From Paludibacter sp. (GTDB lineage: Bacteria; Bacteroidota; Bacteroidia; Bacteroidales; Paludibacteraceae): a DNA stretch of 64,000 nucleotides. The stretch's first letter is position 1, and the number at the start of each line of letters is the position of its first letter. A program made the translations under genes and the position numbers. The stretch spans positions 18,041 to 82,040 of the forward strand of contig JAVEXN010000010.1 of assembly GCA_034004015.1 (NCBI GenBank). The letters run 5' to 3'. Under the pieces are notes generated by a model. It saw only the letters and a program-made list of their open reading frames with translations. It was not told the DNA's origin and searched no databases. Below are positions 1 through 10,141 of the stretch, one piece after another.

Positions 1-2130
1 AACAATATGCGTCAGGAATACAATCTTTCGATTTCCGGAGCATCTGATAAGAGTAACTATTATATGTCGTTTGGTTATTTAGATGATGAGGGAGTTATTT
101 CAGGTTCAGGATTTAATCGTCTTTCAGGACGTTTTAAAGGAGATTATCAGGTGAAAGAATGGTTGAAAGTTGGTGCAAACGTAAACTACAACTATTCAAA
201 CAGTAATTACCCGGGTGAACAGATTACTACCAACTCTTCAGGTAACGCATTCTTTATTGCCAATAACGTGGCTCCAATTTATCCTATGTATGTAAGAAGT
301 GCAGCAGATAAAAATATCATGCTTAATAATGGTCGTAAAGTTTATGATTATGGTGATGGTACTAGTACTAATATGTCACGTCGCTTTATGTCAATTGCAA
401 ACCCTGCCGGTGACCTTGTTTATAATAAAACAAATTACTTAATGGATATATTGAATACAACCTGGTTTGCAGAAATAACTCCGATGAAGGGGCTTACACT
501 TACTGCTCGCTATGGTTTGAATGTTGATAATACCCGTTATAACGACCTTGGAAATGTTTATATGGGTCAGAGTGCTTCTTATGGTGGTACTGCATATCAG
601 GAACAGACAAGGGTTTTCGGTGTGAATCAGCAATATATTGCAAGTTACCAAACTCAAATTTCAGATCTTCAGCATTTAGAAGCTACTTTGGGTTATGATG
701 GTTATTCATACAGATCAGAGTATGTATTTGCAAGTGGTCAGAACCTTTACAATCCGGAAAGCTACTATGTAAGTAATGCCATTGATCAGCTTCGTGGAGG
801 TGGTGCAAAATCCGTATATTCTACAAAAGGTATTTTTGGGCGTGTGAATTATTCATATGACGACAAGTATTTTGGAAATGTGTCTTACAGACGTGATGCT
901 TCATCTCGTTTTAGCCCTGATAATCGTTGGGGTGATTTTTATTCAGCAAGTGCAGCATGGCTGATGAACAAGGAAACCTTTATGGCTGATGTAAGCTGGG
1001 TTGATATGCTTAAATTAAAAGCTTCTTTTGGTCAACAGGGTAACGATAACGTAGGTAACTATTATGCTTGGCTCGACCAATATCGTTTGACTGGTGCTGA
1101 TGGTGTTTTTGCAGATGGTACGTTGGTTTACAAGGGTAATCCGGATTTGACATGGGAAACATCTACCTCTTATAATGTTGGTGTTGATTTTGCCTTGTTA
1201 AAAGATAAACTTTCGGGTAGTGTTGAATATTTCGGACGTACTTCAAGTGATATGCTTTACTACAAACCTGTTGCAGGCAGTCTTGGTTATACTTCTATCC
1301 CAATGAATGTGGGTGCAATGACTAACTCAGGTGTTGAAATTGATTTGAACTGGAATGTGTTGAAAAACAAAAACATTTCATGGAATGTAAATGCTAATGC
1401 CACATTCATTAAGAATGTAATTAATGAGTTGCATCCTGATCTTCAGGGTAAACTGATTGACGGAACCCGAATTTATGAAGAAGGTTATTCAATGTATCGT
1501 ATGTATCTCGTTGAATTTGCTGGTGTTGATCCTGAAAAAGGTTTGGCTCAGTATTGGGCAAAAGATGTTGATGGCAACCCAACAAAAGTAACCGACTATA
1601 ACGTGGCTTTGAATCACAGAACTGCAACTGAGAATCTTCTTCCAAAAGTTTATGGTGGTTTTGGTACTACTATTGATGCCTATGGTTTTGATGCTTCTGT
1701 ACAATGTTCGTATCAGTTAGGCGGAACAATTTACGATTCAGGTTATCAGGGCTTGATGCACGGTGGTACAGCTTCAAATGGCGGTCGTAACTGGCACAAA
1801 GATATTTACAATGCGTGGACTCCACAGAATACAGAAACAAATGTACCTCGTTTGAATGCAAATGATCAGTATGCAAGTTCAACTTCTACCCGTTTCCTTA
1901 CAAGTTCAAATTATCTTAGCTTGAATAACATTACAGTAGGTTATACATTGCCTTCTAATCTTGTTCGTAAAATTGATGTAAATAAACTACGTGTTTATTT
2001 TGCAGCTGATAATGTGGCTTTGCTTTCAGCAAGAAAAGGTCTTGATCCACGTCAGAGCTATATTTCTGCTACTACAGCGCTATATACTCCTATTCGTACT
2101 ATTTCAGGTGGTATTAGTTTGACATTTTAA
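1..2130 (+). CDS. SusC/RagA-family TonB-dependent outer membrane receptor, C-terminal part (5' end outside window)
   Basis: Frame 1 is open to the window edge. The product is a long beta-barrel-type sequence ending in the terminal aromatic ...GGISLTF. A SusD-like gene follows 22 nt downstream. Confidence 0.9.
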   Translation, partial: NNMRQEYNLSISGASDKSNYYMSFGYLDDEGVISGSGFNRLSGRFKGDYQVKEWLKVGANVNYNYSNSNYPGEQITTNSSGNAFFIANNVAPIYPMYVRSAADKNIMLNNGRKVYDYGDGTSTNMSRRFMSIANPAGDLVYNKTNYLMDILNTTWFAEITPMKGLTLTARYGLNVDNTRYNDLGNVYMGQSASYGGTAYQEQTRVFGVNQQYIASYQTQISDLQHLEATLGYDGYSYRSEYVFASGQNLYNPESYYVSNAIDQLRGGGAKSVYSTKGIFGRVNYSYDDKYFGNVSYRRDASSRFSPDNRWGDFYSASAAWLMNKETFMADVSWVDMLKLKASFGQQGNDNVGNYYAWLDQYRLTGADGVFADGTLVYKGNPDLTWETSTSYNVGVDFALLKDKLSGSVEYFGRTSSDMLYYKPVAGSLGYTSIPMNVGAMTNSGVEIDLNWNVLKNKNISWNVNANATFIKNVINELHPDLQGKLIDGTRIYEEGYSMYRMYLVEFAGVDPEKGLAQYWAKDVDGNPTKVTDYNVALNHRTATENLLPKVYGGFGTTIDAYGFDASVQCSYQLGGTIYDSGYQGLMHGGTASNGGRNWHKDIYNAWTPQNTETNVPRLNANDQYASSTSTRFLTSSNYLSLNNITVGYTLPSNLVRKIDVNKLRVYFAADNVALLSARKGLDPRQSYISATTALYTPIRTISGGISLTF

Positions 2131-2152
2131 TTATAATTAAAACATAAAATAT

Positions 2153-3757
2153 ATGAAAAGAAAATATATCTATGCTTTATCAGCATTGCTTTATTTAGGT
2201 TTTACCGGATGTGAAAATCTGGATACCTTGCCTGAGGGTAATACTTTGACTTCCACTCAGAAGGAAGAAGTGGCAGGTTTAGATCCCAAAAAAGCTGAGG
2301 CGGGTGTAAATGCAATTTTTGCACAGTTTAATCAGTACATGCCGAACGCTGGAGCTTTGGGTGCTGAACGCCACAATGACTTTGGTTACCCTTCAGTAAT
2401 GTTTTTTACTGATGCTAATGGTCTTGACATGGTTTCTGAAGATAACGGTTACAACTGGGCTGGTAACAGTCTGGATTTTTCTGACCGTGTAAAAACTGCA
2501 CGCGAAGCTCAGATTGTATGGAATGACATGTATTCAATTATATATGCTACCAACAACGTAATCAATTCAATCTCTATGGAAACTGAGGAAAAAGCTTCAA
2601 AATACTATCTTGCTCAGGGTCTTGCTACCCGTGCATTCAGCTATTTTGTTTTGGCTCAATTATATCAGTTCAACTATGTAGAGAACAAGGATAAACCTTG
2701 TGTTCCTCTGATTACAAATGAAAATTCGAACATTGCTGCTCTTGAAGGTATGGGACGTGCCACTGTAGAAGAGGTGTACACCCAGGTATTATCTGATATT
2801 AACAATGCTATCACATTGTTGACTGATGCACAGCAGCCCCGTGCTGATAAACGCTATATTAGTCTTGCTGTAGCTTATGGTCTTCGTGCTCGTATTAATT
2901 TGACAATGCAAAAATGGGAGGCTGCTGCAGCTGATGCCCAAAGTGCAATAGACGAAGCGGGTGCAGAATCAATAAGTCCTGCTGCAATTGCTGATGTTAG
3001 CAAACCAACTTTTAGTGATGCAACAGAGAAAAACTGGATGTGGGCTATTATTATTTCTGAAACCGACCGCGTGGTTACTTCAGGTATAGTGAACTGGATT
3101 TCGCATATGGGTTCATTGAATTATGGTTATGCCAACTTCTCTGGAGGTATGCAAATTAATAAGAAGTTGTATAATACAATTCCTGCAAGTGATGTTAGAA
3201 AAAATTGGTGGTTAGCTACCGATAGTACTTCTTCTATATTGACTGCTACTCAACAAGCATGGATGAAGACGTATAAATATAGAGCTTACACTCAGGTTAA
3301 ATTTGCTCCTTATGCAGATGAGGTAGGTACTTCGACCAATGCAAATGATATTCCATTGATGCGTATTGAAGAGATGTATCTGATTAAAGCTGAGGCTGAA
3401 GCTATGTCTGGTGGCGCAGGTAAAACTACGCTTGAAAACTTCATTAAAACACATCGTGATCCTGATTATGTTTGCTCAGTGTCAGCACCAGCTGATGTGC
3501 AGGCTGAAGTAATCCGTCAAAGAAGAATTGAATTCTGGGGTGAAGGTTTAAGTTGGTTCGACTTGATGAGAACTAATTCAGGTATTGATCGTCGTGGTGG
3601 AGGATATCCAAATGCTACAATGATATTCAATATCCCTGCCAAAGATCCTTTGATGTTGTGGCCAATTCCTGAAGCAGAGATACAGGCAAATCCTAAATTG
3701 GAAGATACTGATAACAATCCTTCTGCTCCAACTCCACAACCGGTAGCTGATTTGTAA
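2153..3757 (+). CDS. SusD/RagB-family nutrient-binding outer membrane lipoprotein
   Basis: Lipoprotein signal ...LGFTGC, SusD-like sequence, and the canonical position immediately after SusC. Confidence 0.9.
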   Translation: MKRKYIYALSALLYLGFTGCENLDTLPEGNTLTSTQKEEVAGLDPKKAEAGVNAIFAQFNQYMPNAGALGAERHNDFGYPSVMFFTDANGLDMVSEDNGYNWAGNSLDFSDRVKTAREAQIVWNDMYSIIYATNNVINSISMETEEKASKYYLAQGLATRAFSYFVLAQLYQFNYVENKDKPCVPLITNENSNIAALEGMGRATVEEVYTQVLSDINNAITLLTDAQQPRADKRYISLAVAYGLRARINLTMQKWEAAAADAQSAIDEAGAESISPAAIADVSKPTFSDATEKNWMWAIIISETDRVVTSGIVNWISHMGSLNYGYANFSGGMQINKKLYNTIPASDVRKNWWLATDSTSSILTATQQAWMKTYKYRAYTQVKFAPYADEVGTSTNANDIPLMRIEEMYLIKAEAEAMSGGAGKTTLENFIKTHRDPDYVCSVSAPADVQAEVIRQRRIEFWGEGLSWFDLMRTNSGIDRRGGGYPNATMIFNIPAKDPLMLWPIPEAEIQANPKLEDTDNNPSAPTPQPVADL

Positions 3758-3782
3758 TTATTAATCAATAAAATTTTGAGAT

Positions 3783-4697
3783 ATGAAATTATATAAATTA
3801 TTTATAGCAACTCTGTTAGCAACTGCATTTACTGCTTGTGCTGACTATGAAGATGTAGTAGTTTCAAGCCCGGTAGTTGGTGCTGATGTGCAGGCTGTTC
3901 GTTTTGCTTCTACAAATAAAACGACTTTCGAACTTGATCCATCTAAAGAACTATCTGTGGTGTTAACTGTTATTCGTGATAAAGCGGATGCTGCTGCAGA
4001 TATTCCTGTTGAAGTTGTTTCAAACAACGACGATAACTTTGTTATACCTTCTACTGTTAGTTTTGCAGCTGGTGACTCAACTACTACTTTAAAAGTAATG
4101 GCTTCTGCGTCAGCTCCTATTGGTGAAGATTTGACTTTTGAAATAAAACTTAGTGATGCTCAGGTAAATCCTTATAAGGTAGAGTATGCTGCTTATAAAG
4201 CAAAAGTTACTATTCTGAAATGGGACTTGGTGGGTACTGGTCAGTTTTACGACTCTTTCACTTTGTATAGTGCTCCGGCAATTGATATTTATTATTCAGA
4301 GGTGAAAAAGCAATACCGATTTGCTAATCCATACACTGTTGCTTTATTGGAAGAAGCTGAGTGGGAAAACTGGATAGGAGGTCCAACATCTGATTTTATT
4401 ATCTTTGAAATCACAGCAACAGGATTTGTGAAATGGAAATCGTGGTATACAGGTTTAAATTACAAGGGAAATGTAGGACAACCGGTGGAAGCGTTCTTCC
4501 CTTCCTATTTGGGTGATATAAGAGGTGTCACAACATATGATGCTGAGGATGCCTTAAGTAAAGTTTCGGAGACTGATAACAAACTCTTGATACTTAACCC
4601 CAGAATATATATTCTTGGTGTAGGAGGTTATGGACTCAAACCATGTTATATTTCAATGCCTGGTGGTCCAAATCTGACTACTCTTCTTGAACTGTAA
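3783..4697 (+). CDS. hypothetical surface lipoprotein in the SusE/F position
   Basis: Signal peptide with lipobox ...AFTAC. It lies 25 nt after susD on the same strand. I recognise no catalytic motif. Confidence 0.7.
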   Translation: MKLYKLFIATLLATAFTACADYEDVVVSSPVVGADVQAVRFASTNKTTFELDPSKELSVVLTVIRDKADAAADIPVEVVSNNDDNFVIPSTVSFAAGDSTTTLKVMASASAPIGEDLTFEIKLSDAQVNPYKVEYAAYKAKVTILKWDLVGTGQFYDSFTLYSAPAIDIYYSEVKKQYRFANPYTVALLEEAEWENWIGGPTSDFIIFEITATGFVKWKSWYTGLNYKGNVGQPVEAFFPSYLGDIRGVTTYDAEDALSKVSETDNKLLILNPRIYILGVGGYGLKPCYISMPGGPNLTTLLEL

Positions 4698-4717
4698 ATT
4701 ATAGATTCTTATACTAC

Positions 4718-4750
4718 AAAGGCTGTCTCATGTGAGACAGCCTTTGTTCT
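4718..4750. terminator. hairpin terminator between convergent genes
   Basis: aaaggctgtctc-atgt-gagacagccttt is a perfect stem followed by gttctttt. It lies between stops at 4697 (+) and 4775 (-). Confidence 0.7.
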
Positions 4751-4774
4751 TTTGTGAGTATTTATATCTTTTTT

Positions 4775-5464
4775 CTACATTATCTCCCTCAGCTCTCTCA
4801 GTGACTTAATCCTGTAAGTCGTTTTTTTATTTTCGGCATCGGCACTCAAAGGGTAATAAACCTGATCGATTTCTGCATTTTGGGCTCCCAGTATGTCGGC
4901 TTCGTAGCTATCGCCAATCATAATGCACTCTTTGGGGTTGCTACAGCCATTTAGCTGCATGGCATATTCAAATATACGTTTGTCGGGCTTGAGTGCTCCA
5001 GCGGCTTCAGAAAGCACGATGTAGCTAAAGTAGTGCCCTATATTACTGCTTCTGATTTTTCGGTACTGCACTTCTGTAAATCCGTTTGAGATAATTGTAA
5101 GCGGATACTTTGACGATAAATAATCGAGTGTTTCGATAGCGTAAGGCATTAAAGCTGTTTTTGTGGGCAGAATTTCAAGATATTGGTGTCCGATTTCCTC
5201 AGCCAGTTCCTGATCGTTTACACCCATGCGTGCTAAAGGATACCGGAAACGTTCGGCCATAAGGAAATCTTTTGTGATTTCTCCTTTGCCATATGCTTCC
5301 CAAAGTTCAATATTCTTTTTTGCGTAAATGCTGAAAAATTCTTCAAAGTCACTAAAATATCTGTCGAGTCTGCGACCGGTGAACATGTCAGCAAGTGATA
5401 AGCGTGCATTTTCGTGAAAGTCCCAAATAGTGTCGTCTAAATCGATAAAAATAAATTTATACAT
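4775..5464 (-). CDS. HAD-IA family hydrolase (YjjG-like nucleotidase type)
   Basis: DLDDTIWDF (DxDxT) motif directly after the ATG at 5464. The ORF-track start at 5524 is a TTG running through the upstream hairpin. Confidence 0.8.
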   Translation of the reverse strand: MYKFIFIDLDDTIWDFHENARLSLADMFTGRRLDRYFSDFEEFFSIYAKKNIELWEAYGKGEITKDFLMAERFRYPLARMGVNDQELAEEIGHQYLEILPTKTALMPYAIETLDYLSSKYPLTIISNGFTEVQYRKIRSSNIGHYFSYIVLSEAAGALKPDKRIFEYAMQLNGCSNPKECIMIGDSYEADILGAQNAEIDQVYYPLSADAENKKTTYRIKSLRELREIM

Positions 5465-5487
5465 ATTATTTTGTTTATATAAATAAC

Positions 5488-5520
5488 AATGCGTTTTCCG
5501 GTCTGAACGGAAAACGCATT
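5488..5520 (-). terminator. hairpin downstream of the 5558..6424 gene
   Basis: aatgcgttttccg-gtctgaa-cggaaaacgcatt has perfect 13-bp arms. It lies 38 nt after the stop at 5558. The trailing T-tract is only modest. Confidence 0.5.
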
Positions 5521-5557
5521 GCAATGAGTATTTAAAAAGAAGTTTTGCGTCAGAAAA

Positions 5558-6424
5558 TCAGTCTACCTCTATCACCAGATACTTGCTTACACTCCAGAAT
5601 GCATCTGTGTCCACAATCAGTAGTACAAAATTACTGCTTTCTTTTTCAAGTGTGTACGAAGATTTTGGGTGCGATGTAAGTATTTTTGCTCTGCTCGAGT
5701 AAAGCGGAATAGACTTGGTTTTGCGTGCATCGATGCGTACAAAATAGTTTTTGTTGAAATCGCTTTCGAGTACTCTTTTGGGGCGGAAAATACCGTCCGA
5801 AGTTACAATGTTCTGCTCTCTGAGTTCTTTGCGTGTGCCAAATACGTACCAGGCTGTGTGTATAGCTTCATCCTGTTCCTGAATTTTCGATTCCTTAGTC
5901 TCGACATTTGTTTTCAGATTCTCAATGTCTTTCCCAAGTACTTCTACAGTGCTTCCCAGTTCGGCTATCAGTGAGTCCTTTTTAGCGAGTTCAGTTTCCA
6001 GTAGGGCTATTTTGCTCGATTCTTCTTCGAGGGCTTTGGTGAGTCGCGCCAGAGTACGCTCGAGTTCGGTTGACTTTACAGCACTGTTTTTTATACGGCG
6101 TTTCAGTTTGGCCAGTTCTTCCTTATTGGTTTTAAGCAGATCGTTAAGGTAGATCAAATCTTCGTTGATTTTGCTTCGTCCCTCTGAATCAAGCTCAGGG
6201 TCGCCCGACGAGGTAGAGATGACGCCTTCAGTTTCCTTGATTTTCTCTATATTTTGTTCAATCTGATTCATGGTCGAAAAGTAATCGTCCAATTCCTCCT
6301 GCATAGATTGTTTTGCTCTGAGAAGTGAGTCATTTTGAGCCTTCAGTGCTTTGTATTCTTCCGACTGAAAGTTGCAGGCAGTAAAGAATAATGTCAGGGT
6401 TAAGATAAGAAAAGCAGGTTTCAT
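5558..6424 (-). CDS. coiled-coil lipoprotein, function unknown
   Basis: Signal plus lipobox ...FFTAC, a long heptad-like E/K/L-rich middle, and a globular C-terminus. Confidence 0.7.
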   Translation of the reverse strand: MKPAFLILTLTLFFTACNFQSEEYKALKAQNDSLLRAKQSMQEELDDYFSTMNQIEQNIEKIKETEGVISTSSGDPELDSEGRSKINEDLIYLNDLLKTNKEELAKLKRRIKNSAVKSTELERTLARLTKALEEESSKIALLETELAKKDSLIAELGSTVEVLGKDIENLKTNVETKESKIQEQDEAIHTAWYVFGTRKELREQNIVTSDGIFRPKRVLESDFNKNYFVRIDARKTKSIPLYSSRAKILTSHPKSSYTLEKESSNFVLLIVDTDAFWSVSKYLVIEVD

Positions 6425-6586
6425 TTGTTCTGATTGATTTTAGTTGTAGGCTGTAACTTGCAGTAAAACATTTCTTTGGATAAAAGAGTTCGTTTGTTGA
6501 GCGAGTTTCTGTTTATTTTAATTTAGTGAATAAAAAGTAGCTGAATATGAGTGATATATGCTTTGAAATATGCTGCAAATTTAGTG

Positions 6587-7258
6587 TTATTCTTCTAAAC
6601 CTGCAACAATAATTACTATTTCTCCTTTTGGGGTATTAATATTGTAATATTCAGCAAGTTCACTCAATGTCCCTCTTTTTGTTTCTTCGAAAACTTTGGA
6701 TATTTCGCGTGAAACCGAAGCGCGGCGTTCTCCTCCGAATATTTCGCCGAGTTGACTCAGCGTTTTGGCCAAACGAAATGGAGATTCGTAAAAAATCATT
6801 GTTCGGGTTTCTTCAGCCAGTCTGTTGATTTTTGTCTGTCGGCCTTTTTTTTGTGGCAGAAAACCTTCGAAACAGAACCTGTCGTTTGGAAGTCCTGAGC
6901 AGACTAATGCAGGTACAAAAGCTGTAGCTCCGGGCAAACATTCTACATCTATTTCGTTTGCAATGCACTCACGAACAACCAGAAAGCCGGGGTCGGAAAT
7001 GGCCGGTGTTCCTGCATCCGATATCAGTGCTACGCATTGCCCATTCTTAATTCGTTGTATAACAGCTTCGACGGTTTTGTGCTCGTTGAATTTGTGGTGC
7101 GAATGCATGGGCGTTTCAATGCCGAAATGTTTCAGCAGAAAACCGCTGGTACGTGTGTCTTCGGCAAGGATTAAATCGGCTTCCTTCAAAACCCTTATGG
7201 CTCTGAAAGTCATGTCCTCGAGATTTCCTATCGGTGTAGGTACTACAAAAAGCTTCAT
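6587..7258 (-). CDS. rsmI: 16S rRNA (cytidine1402-2'-O)-methyltransferase
   Basis: N-terminal VPTPIGNLEDMT motif and tetrapyrrole-methylase-fold sequence, 223 aa. Confidence 0.9.
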   Translation of the reverse strand: MKLFVVPTPIGNLEDMTFRAIRVLKEADLILAEDTRTSGFLLKHFGIETPMHSHHKFNEHKTVEAVIQRIKNGQCVALISDAGTPAISDPGFLVVRECIANEIDVECLPGATAFVPALVCSGLPNDRFCFEGFLPQKKGRQTKINRLAEETRTMIFYESPFRLAKTLSQLGEIFGGERRASVSREISKVFEETKRGTLSELAEYYNINTPKGEIVIIVAGLEE

Positions 7259-7327
7259 TGGCCTGTCGGTTATTTTTTTTAGGGTTTTAGTTTTTGATAA
7301 TCAGTAAATGATAGATGCCTGCTCGCA

Positions 7328-8191
7328 TTAGATGAACTTCCTTTTTGCAATCTGATAAAAATCCTCTACATTATCGTTTTCTTCGTCCCAACTGTATTTC
7401 GATTGCAGAAATGAATGTACTTCGTCGAAAGTGGCCAGCTGATTGATATAGTTGAGGGTTTTGTTCATGTCTTCTCCATTTCCGCGAAATAATTCACGCT
7501 GGAACCGAAAACGGTCGCCAATGCTGATAGCCGTTTTGATATCGCTGATTTTTTTGTTGGCAATGCTCGCACTCAGTGAATTGTCGTTGTTCTTCGAGTG
7601 AGCTTCGTTTCGCGATACGGTTGGTTGGATAATTTTGTCGGCAATGGTGGTTTTGCGTGTTTCCTCGGTGACTGTTTTGATTTCAATTTCTTCGATTTTA
7701 GTCGCCTCAGGTGCACTCTCCGATTTCAGTTCGGCCGTAAAAGTCTCGGTTGTTTTGGTTGTTTCCACCAAAGTGTCGGGTTCCTGCGTTTCTACCGTAG
7801 TACTTGTGATTTCTTCAATTTCAACTTCAGCTTCGAAAGTCTCAGGTTCCGGAGCTTTTTCTTCCTCTTTTATTGTTATCGGCTGAGGAATGACTACTTC
7901 CGGTATATTATTTTTTTCAACAGGTATTTCGGGAGTTGCAATTACTGCTGAATTTGGTTGATTATTGTTTATTACAGTGGTTTCCGGGACCTGTTTTGTG
8001 ATGATTGAAAGCTTTTTTTCTTCAGAAACTCCTGCGAGTTGTTCGATAAGTAGTTGTATATCTTCTGTTTTTCGTTTGGCGATATGTACAATGGCAGCGG
8101 GATATTCTTCCATCTCCATAAAGCTTTCGGTAATCATGCTGAGTTCTTCAATGTTCTTGTGAAGCAGTGTGACAATGAGTTTTCTGTTCAT
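7328..8191 (-). CDS. hypothetical protein with an acidic T/E/P-rich low-complexity centre
   Basis: ATG start and a 287-aa ORF. The ends are structured and the centre is disordered-looking (EEKAPEPETFEAEVEIEEITSTTVETQEPD...). Confidence 0.65.
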   Translation of the reverse strand: MNRKLIVTLLHKNIEELSMITESFMEMEEYPAAIVHIAKRKTEDIQLLIEQLAGVSEEKKLSIITKQVPETTVINNNQPNSAVIATPEIPVEKNNIPEVVIPQPITIKEEEKAPEPETFEAEVEIEEITSTTVETQEPDTLVETTKTTETFTAELKSESAPEATKIEEIEIKTVTEETRKTTIADKIIQPTVSRNEAHSKNNDNSLSASIANKKISDIKTAISIGDRFRFQRELFRGNGEDMNKTLNYINQLATFDEVHSFLQSKYSWDEENDNVEDFYQIAKRKFI

Positions 8192-8232
8192 ATCTTTTTT
8201 TCTAAAACAATTTCATTACTTGTAAATTTATT

Positions 8233-8240
8233 TATTTTTG
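8233..8240 (+). promoter_or_regulatory. Bacteroidota -7 box TAttTTTG (candidate tdk promoter)
   Basis: Exact TAnnTTTG match 85 nt upstream of the tdk ATG. Confidence 0.35.
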
Positions 8241-8324
8241 TGCTTGGAATTTCATTCCGGCTGTAAAGTTACAATTTTAAGAAGAAACAGTAAAGAAATA
8301 AGTACTTAATTACAATTAAATAGC

Positions 8325-8921
8325 ATGATTTATTCAGAAAGAAATCATCCGATACAACAGAAGCGGGGGAGTATAGAAGTGATTTGTGGTTCAATGTTTT
8401 CGGGAAAAACTGAAGAGCTTATCAGAAGGTTGAAGCGGGCGAAGTTTGCCAAACAACGTGTGGAGATTTTTAAGCCCAAAATTGATACCCGATATTCTGA
8501 AGATGAGGTGGTTTCGCACGATCGTACTTCCATACGTTCAACTCCGGTAGAATCGTCGGGGAGTATCATGCTTATGTCGGGTGAAGTGGATGTGATTGGT
8601 ATTGATGAAGCTCAGTTTTTCGATGATGGATTGGTGGATGTGTGTACACAGCTTGCCAATCAGGGTATTCGTGTGATTATTGCCGGTTTGGATATGGATT
8701 TTCGTGGTGTGCCTTTTGGACCGATGCCAGCGCTTTGTGCTGTGGCCGAGGATGTGTATAAGGTTCATGCCATTTGTGTGCGTTGCGGAGCATTGGCTTA
8801 TGTGTCGCATCGTTTAGTGGAAAGCGATAAACGGGTTCTGTTGGGCGAAATGGCCGAGTATGAGCCCATTTGCCGCGACTGTTTCAATAAAACAAAGGAA
8901 GAAAAGTTGCAGACGGAATAA
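8325..8921 (+). CDS. tdk: thymidine kinase
   Basis: P-loop [11 protein letters not shown] and C-terminal CxxC...CxxC zinc motif, 198 aa. Confidence 0.95.
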   Translation: MIYSERNHPIQQKRGSIEVICGSMFSGKTEELIRRLKRAKFAKQRVEIFKPKIDTRYSEDEVVSHDRTSIRSTPVESSGSIMLMSGEVDVIGIDEAQFFDDGLVDVCTQLANQGIRVIIAGLDMDFRGVPFGPMPALCAVAEDVYKVHAICVRCGALAYVSHRLVESDKRVLLGEMAEYEPICRDCFNKTKEEKLQTE

Positions 8922-8972
8922 ACACGAATCTGATTTTGAAATATAAAACTGTTACCGTAACACTGAATTATT

Positions 8973-10115
8973 ATGAATAGTACACGTCCTTATACTTTCG
9001 ACAGAGTTGTCCGTATCCTTATCGGGCTGACAGTGATTTTGCTGCTTTTTTTGCTCACACGGCGTTTGAGTGCAGTTTTATTTCCTTTTTTGCTGGCATG
9101 GTTGCTGGCTTATATGTTGCACCCGATTGTGAGTTTTTTTCAGCATAAAATAAAGCTGCGAAGCAGAATCTTGTCGGTGCTGGTTACCTTAATTTTGATT
9201 GGAGGCGTGTTGACGGGACTAATTATGCTTATCTCTCCAATGATAAGTAAGGAAGTGTTGCGAATGTCGGAACTTATTTCGTTATATGTGCAGGGCGTCA
9301 ATGTGGATACGATATTGCCCGTTGCATGGCAAAATGAGATTCGCGACTATCTTTCGCAGTTTAATGTGCAATCCTTGTTCTCTGATCCTGCTCTTCGATC
9401 GGTTATCGAAAAAGTAGCTCCTCAGCTTTGGAATATTGTGGACAATTCAATTAGTCTGTTGCTCGGACTGACGGTAATTTTGCTGATATTTCTTTACACT
9501 ATTTTTATACTGCTCGATTACGAAAAGGTTACACAGGGTTGGTACAGCATAATTCCGAATAAATTCCGGCCACTTATTGTGGGAATCATGGAAGATATTG
9601 AAGATGGAATGAACCGTTATTTTCGTGGTCAGGCTTTGGTGGCTTTGCTCGTAGGTGTTTTGTTTAGTATCGGATTTGTAATTACAGGCCTGCCAATGGC
9701 CATTTTATTCGGGCTTTTTGTGGGCTTGCTTAATCTGGTGCCTTACTTGCAGACTGTTGCGCTAGTGCCCGGTGTTTTCCTGGTACTAATGAAGTCGATA
9801 GAGTCGGGTAGTAGTTTTGGGACTGAGTTGATATGGATGCTGGTTGTTTTTGCAGTGGTGCAGACTATTCAGGATATGGTGCTTGTGCCGAAAATTATGG
9901 GTAAGGTAACAGGGCTGAAACCTGCCGTGATTCTATTGTCGCTTTCGGTATGGGGTTCGCTTATGGGAATGGTGGGGCTGATCATTGCTCTACCGCTCAC
10001 TACACTTATAATATCGTATTATAAACGCTTTGTGTTGAACGAAGAAGGTCTTCCGGTAGAACAACAGGCAACGGCTAGCGATACGGTTGTGGGCGAAGCC
10101 GAAACGGATGTATAA
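8973..10115 (+). CDS. AI-2E family transporter (PerM-like permease)
   Basis: Multi-pass membrane protein of ~380 aa with AI-2E/UPF0118-like sequence. Confidence 0.8.
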   Translation: MNSTRPYTFDRVVRILIGLTVILLLFLLTRRLSAVLFPFLLAWLLAYMLHPIVSFFQHKIKLRSRILSVLVTLILIGGVLTGLIMLISPMISKEVLRMSELISLYVQGVNVDTILPVAWQNEIRDYLSQFNVQSLFSDPALRSVIEKVAPQLWNIVDNSISLLLGLTVILLIFLYTIFILLDYEKVTQGWYSIIPNKFRPLIVGIMEDIEDGMNRYFRGQALVALLVGVLFSIGFVITGLPMAILFGLFVGLLNLVPYLQTVALVPGVFLVLMKSIESGSSFGTELIWMLVVFAVVQTIQDMVLVPKIMGKVTGLKPAVILLSLSVWGSLMGMVGLIIALPLTTLIISYYKRFVLNEEGLPVEQQATASDTVVGEAETDV

Positions 10116-10141
10116 TAAATCAGATTAAACTCGTCTCTGTT

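Noticed and set aside
6576-6583. A minus-strand TAaaTTTG box immediately after the rsmI stop, considered as the promoter for the coiled-coil lipoprotein gene.
   Set aside because: It lies about 150 nt from the ATG at 6424, far outside the ~30-nt spacing seen for the better-supported promoters here. I kept it only as a weak possibility and did not annotate it.
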